Assembly: GCA_035632375.1 (NCBI GenBank)
Contig: DASQGY010000037.1
Location: forward strand, 5,610-69,609
Source of the DNA: Bryobacteraceae bacterium
GTDB taxonomy: Bacteria; Acidobacteriota; Terriglobia; Bryobacterales; Bryobacteraceae
DNA: 64,000 bases
Direction of reading: 5' to 3'
A model generated the notes under the pieces. That model made no database searches, was not told the DNA's origin, and saw only the letters and a program-made list of their open reading frames with translations. Each line of letters starts with the position of its first letter. The stretch's first letter is position 1. The position numbers were made by a program, and so were the translations under genes. This document shows positions 56,236 to 63,173 of the stretch, one piece after another.

Positions 56236-56394
56236 TGGACTTCGGGGAGAACCGAGGGGGAGTATAGCACAAGGCGGCGAAAAAGAGCGAAATCTCTTGT
56301 ATTACGTGCGGTTTCGCTTGAGAGATGAGCTGGGGTGAAGGAAACTGGATCTCGGCGGTAGACTGGCTAAGGCGCCGCCGCTGGGAGGCATATC

Positions 56395-57381
56395 GTGAAG
56401 ATGGCAAACATCGGGTGTCGGGAAGAAAAACCGGGGACAGGTAGCTCTGTCCACGCGCCGGTGAGCTACCAGCGGTTCCCTCGGGATTTCGGCGGCTTGG
56501 GACAGAGTAACCTGTCCCCGGTTTTTCTGTTGCTCCTTTTTGCCGGACTGGTGGTGGGGCAGCATCAGCACGCCGCTGCGGCTGCTGAGAAGCCGGTTTC
56601 GCTGCTGCCTGGCCTGGGGACCTGGCGGCATCCCATTGCTACGAAGAATCCGGAGGCGCAGAAGTATTTCGATCAGGGGCTGATTCTGGTTTATGGATTC
56701 AACCGGCCGGAGGCGCTGCGGTCGTTTCGCAAGGCGGCGGAGTTGGATCCACAGGCGACGATGCCCTGGTGGGGCGTGGCCATGGCCTTGGGGCCGTACC
56801 TCAACATGGACATGGATCCGGATGTGCACTTGAAGGAATCGTGCGAGGCCGTGAACAGCGGGCTGCAGCGGGCGGGCATCGGCCCGGTGGAGCGCGACTG
56901 GCTGGAGGCCGCTAAGGCTCGGTGTCCGGATTTCGCCGAACCTGGCCGTTACGTGCGGGCCATGCGCGAACTGGCGGCGAAGTATCCGGACGATCCCGAC
57001 GCGCAGACGTTGTACGCCGAAGCGCTGATGCTTCCGGTGCGATGGAAGTGGTACGGGCCCGATGGGAAGCCCGCCGAGGGTGTCGCCGAGGCGGAGCGTG
57101 TGCTCGAATCGGTGCTGCATCGGCATCCGGATCATCCGGGGGCGAACCATTTTTACATCCACGTGGTGGAGTCGTCACCCACGCCAGAGCGGGCGGTTCC
57201 GAGCGCGCAACGATTGATGGGGATCGTGCCGGCCGCGGGTCACATCGTACATATGCCGGGCCATATCTGGCTGCTGCTGGGCGATTTCAATAACACCGTC
57301 GCGGTGAATGAGCGCGCGGTGGAAGTGGACCGGCAGTATTTCGAACAGACCGGGATGATGAGCAGTTACTACTCTTACTAC
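56395..57381 (+). pseudogene. 5' fragment of a TPR-like/helical-repeat secreted protein gene split by the IS1595 element
   Basis: The reading frame ...RAVEVDRQYFEQTGMMSSYYSYY is fused at 57382 to IS-derived codons (GKNILDYSLVSWHD*). It continues in phase at 59895 (LHNLQFILYARAMQG...) once the element and one copy of the 8-bp duplication are removed. The true start is uncertain because the first ~45 codons lie in the MITE-like repeat. Confidence 0.8.
56425..56527. repeat. 103-bp palindromic MITE-like element, copy A
   Basis: GAAAAACCGGGGACAGG...CTGTCCACGCGCCGG...GGGATT.CGGCGGCTTGGGACAG...CCTGTCCCCGGTTTTTC. The termini are inverted repeats of each other. A second 103-bp copy lies at 63056-63158 and shares these blocks. 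Confidence 0.8.
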
Positions 57382-57428
57382 GGCAAGAATATACTTGACT
57401 ACTCCCTGGTTTCGTGGCATGATTAGTC

Positions 57429-58385
57429 ATGGCCGCTGAACCCAAGACCCTTCAAGAAGCTATCGTATACTTCGACGATCCTCAGAACTGCCTCGACTAC
57501 ATGGTAGCGCGGCGCTGGCCGAAAGGCGTCACCTGTCCCACTTGCGGCAATACCAAGGTGAAGTTTCAACCCAAACATTACCGCTGGCAGTGCAGCACGA
57601 AGCATCCTAGGCGGCAGTTCACCGCGAAGGTCGGTACGATCTACGAAGACTCCCCTATTGGTCTGGACAAGTGGCTAACCGCAACCTGGATGATTACGAA
57701 TTGCAAAAACGGCAACAGTTCCTGGGAGCTTCACCGGACTCTGGGAGTTACCCAAAAGACCGCGTGGTTCATGGGGCATCGGATTCGGCTTGCGATGCAG
57801 GATATGGCGGGCGGCAAGCTGGGCGGCGAAGTCGAGATTGACGAAACCTTCATCGGCGGCAAGGCGCGGAACATGCACAAAGAGAAACGCGAGCGCGTCA
57901 TCACCGGCACTGGCGGAAAAGACAAGACCGTAGTCATGGGCATGATGGAACGCGGCGGAAACGTGCGGGCGATGGTCGTAGACACCCGCCGGAAGAAAGA
58001 ACTCCAGAGCCAAGTACGTGAGCACGTCGAAGCGGGCGCGGCGATCTTCACCGACGAACTGAAATCCTACGACGGGCTGGAGAACAGCTTTCAGCATCAG
58101 GTCATCAATCACGCCGTGGAGTACGTCAACGGCAACGTGCATACCAACGCCATGGAAAACTTCTGGAGTTTGCTCAAGCGCGGCCTGCACGGAACCTACG
58201 TGTCGGTCGAACCGTTCCACCTGTTCCGCTACATCGACGAACAGGCATTTCGGTTCAACAATCGCAAGGGCATGGACGACGCAGACCGCTTCGACGCGGT
58301 TGTGAAGCAAATTGTGGGGAAGCGGTTGACCTATGCGGAACTCACTGGGAAACTAGATCCGAGTGCGACGCAAGCGATCAACTGA
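57429..58385 (+). CDS. IS1595-family transposase (N-terminal zinc-ribbon plus ISXO2-like DDE domain)
   Basis: FDDPQNCLDYMVARRWPKGVTCPTCGNTKV...YRWQCSTKHPRRQFTAKVGTIYEDSPIGLDKWLTATWMI (Zn_Tnp_IS1595 pattern). Followed by EIDETFIGGK..., ...IFTDELKSY..., ...HQVINH...YVNGNVHTNAMENFWSLLKR (DDE_Tnp_IS1595 pattern). Confidence 0.92.
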   Translation: MAAEPKTLQEAIVYFDDPQNCLDYMVARRWPKGVTCPTCGNTKVKFQPKHYRWQCSTKHPRRQFTAKVGTIYEDSPIGLDKWLTATWMITNCKNGNSSWELHRTLGVTQKTAWFMGHRIRLAMQDMAGGKLGGEVEIDETFIGGKARNMHKEKRERVITGTGGKDKTVVMGMMERGGNVRAMVVDTRRKKELQSQVREHVEAGAAIFTDELKSYDGLENSFQHQVINHAVEYVNGNVHTNAMENFWSLLKRGLHGTYVSVEPFHLFRYIDEQAFRFNNRKGMDDADRFDAVVKQIVGKRLTYAELTGKLDPSATQAIN

Positions 58386-58442
58386 GAAGTCCAGAAGATT
58401 GAAGCGCGGCAGAAAGCCGCGTATAATTGAGCCATAGACAAC

Positions 58443-58486
58443 GAAGGCCGGACGCGAGTGCAAATCGTTCCGGCCTTCTGAATTTT
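58443..58486 (+). terminator. Rho-independent terminator after the transposase gene
   Basis: GAAGGCCGGA (58443-52), a 16-nt loop, then TCCGGCCTTC (58469-78), followed by TGAATTTT. Confidence 0.6.
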
Positions 58487-58617
58487 GCCGTTTGTTGAGT
58501 ACGGCGGGTTCAGGCACCCCCATCGTACTTCAGGTGGTTCTCCCTGTCAATAACGGCTGTAAGTGAAAGTGTGCCAACTACGTTAGCGCGAGACGGGAAA
58601 GGAGGACCAAATAAAAC

Positions 58618-58776
58618 ATGCGAGTCCCCTACTACTGGGTACATCGAAACGCGCCGTGCTTTGCTGTATGCTGTCCGCAACCACAAAGCACGGCCACAAA
58701 CCCGATGATAACTGCTGCTATCATCGGAGCAGTGGCAACTGTTGTAGCGGCCTGTATATCGAGTAGCAGTCGATAA
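58618..58776 (+). CDS. Possible 52-aa small membrane peptide inside the IS cargo
   Basis: Below the track's size cut-off. The ATG is preceded by GGAAAGGAGGA, though the spacer is rather long (12 nt). Sequence: MRVPYYWVHRNAPCFAVCCPQPQSTATNPMITAAIIGAVATVVAACISSSSR, i.e. Cys-rich then one hydrophobic helix. Speculative. Confidence 0.25.
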   Translation: MRVPYYWVHRNAPCFAVCCPQPQSTATNPMITAAIIGAVATVVAACISSSSR

Positions 58777-58781
58777 CCGGC

Positions 58782-58955
58782 TTACCGCATTCGCGCGGTC
58801 TTAGACTTCGGTTTGGGACCGCGCTTGTGCGGATTCTTTGCGGCCTGCCTCTTGTAGGCGTCCATCCGTCTCTTCAGTTCATCATGTGAGACGGTCAGGA
58901 TGTGGTCCATGGTGCGGTTGAACGCTTCGAACTCCGGGTTCGGTTCGGTCTTCAT
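58782..58955 (-). CDS. Possible 57-aa basic helical protein directly downstream of the 303-aa cargo gene
   Basis: Below the track's size cut-off. Sequence: MKTEPNPEFEAFNRTMDHILTVSHDELKRRMDAYKRQAAKNPHKRGPKPKSKTARMR. It starts 7 nt after the stop of the 303-aa ORF on the same strand. Confidence 0.35.
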   Translation of the reverse strand: MKTEPNPEFEAFNRTMDHILTVSHDELKRRMDAYKRQAAKNPHKRGPKPKSKTARMR

Positions 58956-58961
58956 CTGTTT

Positions 58962-59873
58962 TTAGCTTACTTCCTTTAGGCCGCACCTCGCTAGGCATTT
59001 CATGAAGTCCCCGACATTCCTAAACACTAGAGCGGCCTCCTCTGGTGTGCAAGGCCCCCGCTGGTGAGAGATGTAGTTCCTCCAGGCGTTCTTGAAATGA
59101 AAAAAGTGTAAAGACGCATCTCCATATGTTTGCAACTTGTCCGTCTTGGCTTGGCCGCGTGGTTGTTGCTTCTCTATGGCCTTAATCGCCGCGTCGATTG
59201 CGTCGATGATAGTACTCCAGTCTTGGTACTCGAACGGAATCGAAAATGGCACGTTCAGGTCACGAGCTAAGGTACGCAGGCCGATTTCAAGCACCCTCAT
59301 ACAATGGAACACACAAGCGGTAGCTCTGTCGGTTACGTAACAGAGGCTTGCGTCGTATAAATCATCCATTGCGGAACTGAAGTTCGACGCCACATCATGC
59401 CCCCAAAAAGGTTCGGTCCTGAATTCTTCTCGCGTCTTCAGATACTCTCTACGGGCAGGATCAAACTGCACGAACGTATGCTCTTTCAGTTCCTCTCGAA
59501 ACAACGCCGCAAGCCTTTTGACGGAGAGCTTCAATTGTTCGTGTGTATGCTCAGTTCCGTATTCAGAGATAAGGCAGTCTATAGTAACGGCAGTCTTCTC
59601 AAGACCCATGGCCTTGGCATCATTGCCAATCTCAGCCAATTTGTTCAGGAAGTTCTGCCGTTGTTCATGTCCCATCTCACGATCAGGCATCACATCCGCA
59701 ACGGGGTTGCTATAAAAACTCTGAATATCTATGCCGATCTGCACGAACCTGAAAACGTCCCTAGGTATCACGTCGGAGAGACTCCAGATTCGTAACGGTT
59801 TGCCGCGCCAGTCCCATTGAACACACGTAGGCCCACAGGATTTATTTTGGCAGAGGTGGAGGGGAGTAGTCAA
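58962..59873 (-). CDS. Passenger protein with C-terminal HEPN-like helical domain (Rx4H motif)
   Basis: All-helical. The C-terminal ~130 aa read ...ATACVFHCMRVLEIGLRTLARDL...IIDAIDAAIKAIEK...HFFHFKNAWRNYISHQRG...EAALVFRNVGDFMKCL. This gives the R-N-Y-I-S-H = Rx4H signature in the helix-pair context typical of HEPN/DUF4145/Abi_C-type domains. The start is uncertain: the track's TTG start (59873) lies inside the right IR, and ATG candidates lie at complement 59688-59690 and 59673-59675. A/T-richer than the host DNA. Confidence 0.55.
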   Translation of the reverse strand: MTTPLHLCQNKSCGPTCVQWDWRGKPLRIWSLSDVIPRDVFRFVQIGIDIQSFYSNPVADVMPDREMGHEQRQNFLNKLAEIGNDAKAMGLEKTAVTIDCLISEYGTEHTHEQLKLSVKRLAALFREELKEHTFVQFDPARREYLKTREEFRTEPFWGHDVASNFSSAMDDLYDASLCYVTDRATACVFHCMRVLEIGLRTLARDLNVPFSIPFEYQDWSTIIDAIDAAIKAIEKQQPRGQAKTDKLQTYGDASLHFFHFKNAWRNYISHQRGPCTPEEAALVFRNVGDFMKCLARCGLKEVS

Positions 59874-59886
59874 CTATATTATTACC

Positions 59887-60626
59887 CTTACTACCTGCAC
59901 AACCTGCAGTTCATTTTGTATGCCCGGGCGATGCAAGGCAGGCTGGTGGAAACGAAGAAGGCCGCGCAGCAGATGACCGCGGCGGCGAAAGAGATGGCGG
60001 CCACAATGCCGGAGATGGCCGAAGTATTCCAGCTTTTCGTGACTATGTCGGAATTGCGGCTGTATCGCTGGGATGAGCTGCTGGCGGTGGCGCGGCCCAA
60101 GACCGAGAATCCGCTCACGATGGCGATGTGGCATTACGCGCGAGCGTTGGCACTTGCCGCCAAGGGCCGGGCCGGCGAGGCGCAGACGCAGCAGGCGGAG
60201 TTCGAGAAACTGGCGAAGACGTTGGATCGTAACATGCCCTGGGATACAAACAAGCTGGGCGACGTAATGGATATGGCATCGGCGGCGCTGAGCGCGCGAT
60301 TGGAGACTTCTCCCGCGGCTGCGATCGCCAAGTGGAGGCATGCAGTGGCGCATCAGGATGCGTTGATGTACGACGAACCGCCGGCCTGGTACTACCCGCT
60401 GCGGGAGTCGCTGGGGGCGGCGATGCTCTTGTCGGGGGATGCGTCTGGGGCGGAAACGGTATTCCGGGAAGGCTTGCGGCGGAGTCCGAACAATGGCCGG
60501 ATGCTGTTTGGTCTGCTGGAGAGTTTGAAGGCGCAGGGGAAGGCGGAGGCAGTGTCGTGGGTGCAGCGCGAGTTTGAGACCGCGTGGAAGGGCGCGGATG
60601 TTGAGTTGCGGCTAAAGGATCTTTGA
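59887..60626 (+). pseudogene. 3' fragment of the IS-interrupted TPR-like protein gene
   Basis: ...YYLHNLQFILYARAMQGRLVETKKAAQQM...AMWHYARALALAAKGRAGEAQ...FREGLRRSPNNGRMLFGLLESLKAQGK (TPR-like helices). In phase with the 5' fragment after removal of the IS. Confidence 0.8.
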
Positions 60627-60632
60627 TCGGTC

Positions 60633-61979
60633 TTGTTACAATCGTCGGCTACGGCTGATTGGCGAGAGTATCACGAAGCGACGAAACATACCTCGGCGTC
60701 GATAAGACGTAGCAAACATTTTTTGGATTGGAAGAACATGCCCGATCCATTCCGGAACTACGAGGGTGTTCCGGTTGTCGATCTACCAGCCGACCCGCCG
60801 GAGCCTGGGACGGGCGGATCGCAGGATTGGATCGAGTTCCTTTCGCGGTTGCTGTTCTACTCGGCGTCGATCAGCGCGGCCAAGCAGGCTCCATCGGGGA
60901 TGAGTTACGCGTTGCGGGTGAACCCGTCGTCGGGAAATCTGCATCCCACCGAGTTTCATTTGGCATGCCCCAATGGGCTGTATCACTACCGGGCCGCTTC
61001 CCACATGCTGGAGCAGCGGGCTCGCGGCGATTATGGGCCGCTGCGATTTCTGCTGACGAGCATCGTGTGGCGCGAGGCTTGGAAATACCAGAGCCGGGCG
61101 TATCGGTATTGTCTGCTCGATGCCGGTCACGCATGGCAGTCGCTGGAGCTTGCGGCTCGGGCGTTGGGATGTGAGGTTCAGGCGACCGGGGATTTGGACC
61201 ACGGTTCATTGCCTGAGTTTGGGTTGCCGGAGGATGAATGGCCGATGCTGCTGGTGGATGTGCGGGGCGGGCCGGATTTTCCGCGGGGAGGCGCGCGCGA
61301 GTGGTTGGGTGGTGCGCCGAATCGGCTTTCCGAGGAGGTGATTCGATATCCGTTGATTGAGGCGCTGCGGACTGCTCCCTCACGGTCACGGCTCAGTTTA
61401 GAGTCGTCCGATATTGACGGGGCACGTGCCGTTGCTCTTGTCCGCGTTGCGCGGAGGCGGCGGTCGGCGCTTGATTTTCGCGGTGGCGATGAAACCATCG
61501 AGCTGGATCAACTGATGACGCTGCTCAACGTTGCGTCGCCGGGGCAGCATGTCCAGCTCTATTTGTATGTGCATCGGGTCCGTGGGCTCCATCCGGGCGT
61601 GTATCTGTATTGGCCCGATGACGCGCGCCTGGAACTGCTGAAGACCGGCGATCAGCGGGTGATGGCCGCCGCGCTTTGCCTTGGCCAGGATCTGGCCGGA
61701 AACTCCTGTGTCACCTTCTCGATGATTGGGGATCTCGATCAAGACTACCGCTGTGTTCATTTCGAGGCCGGCGGCATCGGACAGCGTCTCTATCTAGGCG
61801 CGGAGACGCTGGGCTTCCAATCGACGGGCATCGGCGCTTTCTACGACGACGCAGTGCATCAGTACTTGGAGATCTCGCCGGACTCCACCCGGCAAGTGGT
61901 GTATCACTTCGCGTGTGGGTACGCGGTGGACGACGAGAGATTGGTAGCGCGGGATCGAGATCTACTGAATCTGGATTGA
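60633..61979 (+). CDS. Nitroreductase-superfamily, SagB/ThcOx-type dehydrogenase (two-domain)
   Basis: N-terminal YHEATKH motif typical of SagB-type proteins, and two nitroreductase-like halves (...YRYCLLDAGHAWQSLELAARALG... and ...HFEAGGIGQRLYLGAETLGFQSTGIGAFYDD). TTG start. Assignment is by motif memory only. Confidence 0.6.
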   Translation: MLQSSATADWREYHEATKHTSASIRRSKHFLDWKNMPDPFRNYEGVPVVDLPADPPEPGTGGSQDWIEFLSRLLFYSASISAAKQAPSGMSYALRVNPSSGNLHPTEFHLACPNGLYHYRAASHMLEQRARGDYGPLRFLLTSIVWREAWKYQSRAYRYCLLDAGHAWQSLELAARALGCEVQATGDLDHGSLPEFGLPEDEWPMLLVDVRGGPDFPRGGAREWLGGAPNRLSEEVIRYPLIEALRTAPSRSRLSLESSDIDGARAVALVRVARRRRSALDFRGGDETIELDQLMTLLNVASPGQHVQLYLYVHRVRGLHPGVYLYWPDDARLELLKTGDQRVMAAALCLGQDLAGNSCVTFSMIGDLDQDYRCVHFEAGGIGQRLYLGAETLGFQSTGIGAFYDDAVHQYLEISPDSTRQVVYHFACGYAVDDERLVARDRDLLNLD

Positions 61980-62276
61980 CTCCACCTGGATCACGTCGTC
62001 TTTCAAACTACCGCTGACTTTCGCTTTCAGATCCTTGTCCTTGCTGGTGGCCTTGAGCGCCGCGAGCGCTTTGGCATTGCCGTGCTCATCGAACTTGATG
62101 AACTTGCCGTCTGCGAGCACGATGCCATAGCCGCTCCGAGAGCAATTGATGGCGCAGTCCTTGGTGTGGCTGGCGAGGTCGTTGTTCTTGCACATGACAT
62201 CCACCACGGTTCCAGTCCAGTCTTGGGCGAGCGCCACTACGGACGAAAGCACGAGGCCTGCGATTAGTTTCTTCAT
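61962..62276 (-). CDS. Small secreted Cys-containing protein (104 aa)
   Basis: Starts at MKKLIAGLVLSSVVALAQ (complement 62274-62276, preceded by AGGAG). The mature part has 3 Cys (VMCKNNDLASHTKDCAINC). Its 3' end overlaps the SagB-like gene end by 18 nt (convergent). Confidence 0.5.
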   Translation of the reverse strand: MKKLIAGLVLSSVVALAQDWTGTVVDVMCKNNDLASHTKDCAINCSRSGYGIVLADGKFIKFDEHGNAKALAALKATSKDKDLKAKVSGSLKDDVIQVESIQIQ

Positions 62277-62316
62277 GGGATCGTAACTCCTGGCTACAGT
62301 GTGCCACAGGCGCGGC

Positions 62317-62580
62317 TCAGGCGACATCCCGGAATCGATCGCGCACACTCGGAACCGCCGCTTTAGGAAGCGGTAGGTCGACGGTTTTCGATCCGTCCAT
62401 TTCGCCGGGGACGGCCGGGGTATTTTGCCCCAAATGAAAACCGAGCGAAAACATCGCCAACAGTCCGATAAGCACTACAACGGAGGCCATGGCCGGTAAG
62501 ATTGGCACGTAGAAGAAAAAAACGCCAATGCTCAGGACCAATAGAACTGCCAGCAGAATCAACAAGTAGCGGTCTCTCAT
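62317..62580 (-). CDS. Hypothetical two-TM membrane protein (87 aa)
   Basis: MRDRYLLILLAVLLVLSIGVFFFYVPILPAMASVVVLIGLLAMFSLGFHLG... The longer track ORF (to 62739) overlaps the divergent ORF at 62755, so the internal Met is preferred. Confidence 0.35.
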   Translation of the reverse strand: MRDRYLLILLAVLLVLSIGVFFFYVPILPAMASVVVLIGLLAMFSLGFHLGQNTPAVPGEMDGSKTVDLPLPKAAVPSVRDRFRDVA

Positions 62581-62754
62581 GCCCGATGTTGTGCAAGTCT
62601 GATGCCAAGTTGAGCCGTTGGATTTGGAGGTGTTTGGTAGAATCGGTTTAGACAGCCAGAGCACGAACAGGTCCAAAGTTTTTCCTACGATTCCCTCTTG
62701 ATTCATGACGATGATCGTGTTTATACTGGCTTTTTTCATGGCGAAGTAATTGGC

Positions 62755-63024
62755 ATGACTCCCAGGGAAGATTTCGATCCGCTAGCCCCTCAACGCGAGG
62801 CGGCGATGTTCTATGGACTCTTTTTGCGAGGCCACTCGCCTGACACATTGCGTCGAGACATCGATGTCCCGAAGCCGTTGTTGCAGAAGTGGCTGAGTCC
62901 GCGGCGGTACGAATCCGGATTCCGCGATTCGCTGCGGCGAGTGTATCACTATCGGAAACAGGTGCTGGCCATCTTCGACGAACTGGTCTTGAACGAAAGA
63001 AATCACCGGCCGCGCGTCCAGTAG
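62755..63024 (+). CDS. Hypothetical small protein, possibly HTH-like (89 aa)
   Basis: MTPREDFDPLAPQREAAMFYGLFLRGHSPDTLRRDIDVPKPLLQKWL... resembles a helix-turn-helix segment. No firm family. Confidence 0.35.
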   Translation: MTPREDFDPLAPQREAAMFYGLFLRGHSPDTLRRDIDVPKPLLQKWLSPRRYESGFRDSLRRVYHYRKQVLAIFDELVLNERNHRPRVQ

Positions 63025-63055
63025 CGATTCTCCACAGGTAACAACCGTCAGGACG

Positions 63056-63158
63056 GAAAAACCGGTAACAGGCAGCGCTGTCCACGCGCCGGGGACGAGT
63101 GCACAACTCCTTTGGGATTGCGGCGGCTTGGGACAGCGAAGCCAGTCACCGGTTTTTC
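63056..63158. repeat. 103-bp palindromic MITE-like element, copy B
   Basis: GAAAAACCGGTAACAGG...CTGTCCACGCGCCGG...GGGATTGCGGCGGCTTGGGACAG...CACCGGTTTTTC. Same length and blocks as copy A at 56425-56527. Sits 15 nt upstream of the deoxyhypusine-synthase-like start codon. Confidence 0.8.
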
Positions 63159-63173
63159 CGTACACTAGAGAAG

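Larger units (their letters stand above)
57382..59886 (+). mobile_element. IS1595-family insertion element carrying passenger genes (2505 bp)
   Basis: IRL is GGCAAGAATATACTTGACTACTCCC (57382-57406). The reverse complement of the right end is GGTAATAATATAGTTGACTACTCCC (59862-59886); the two are 22/25 identical. An exact 8-bp target-site duplication CTTACTAC lies at 57374-57381 and 59887-59894. The element contains an IS1595-type transposase gene. Confidence 0.88.

Noticed and set aside
56395-56530. ATG at 56395 as the true start of the IS-interrupted gene.
   Set aside because: The first ~45 codons are encoded by the 103-bp MITE-like repeat. A downstream alternative start just before the hydrophobic signal-like segment (LLLLFAGLVVG) is more likely, but I could not fix it, so the track coordinate is kept and flagged.
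59817-60626. Track ORF treated as an independent 269-aa gene.
   Set aside because: Its first ~25 codons are read from the right inverted repeat of the IS. The remainder is the in-phase continuation of the gene broken at 57381.
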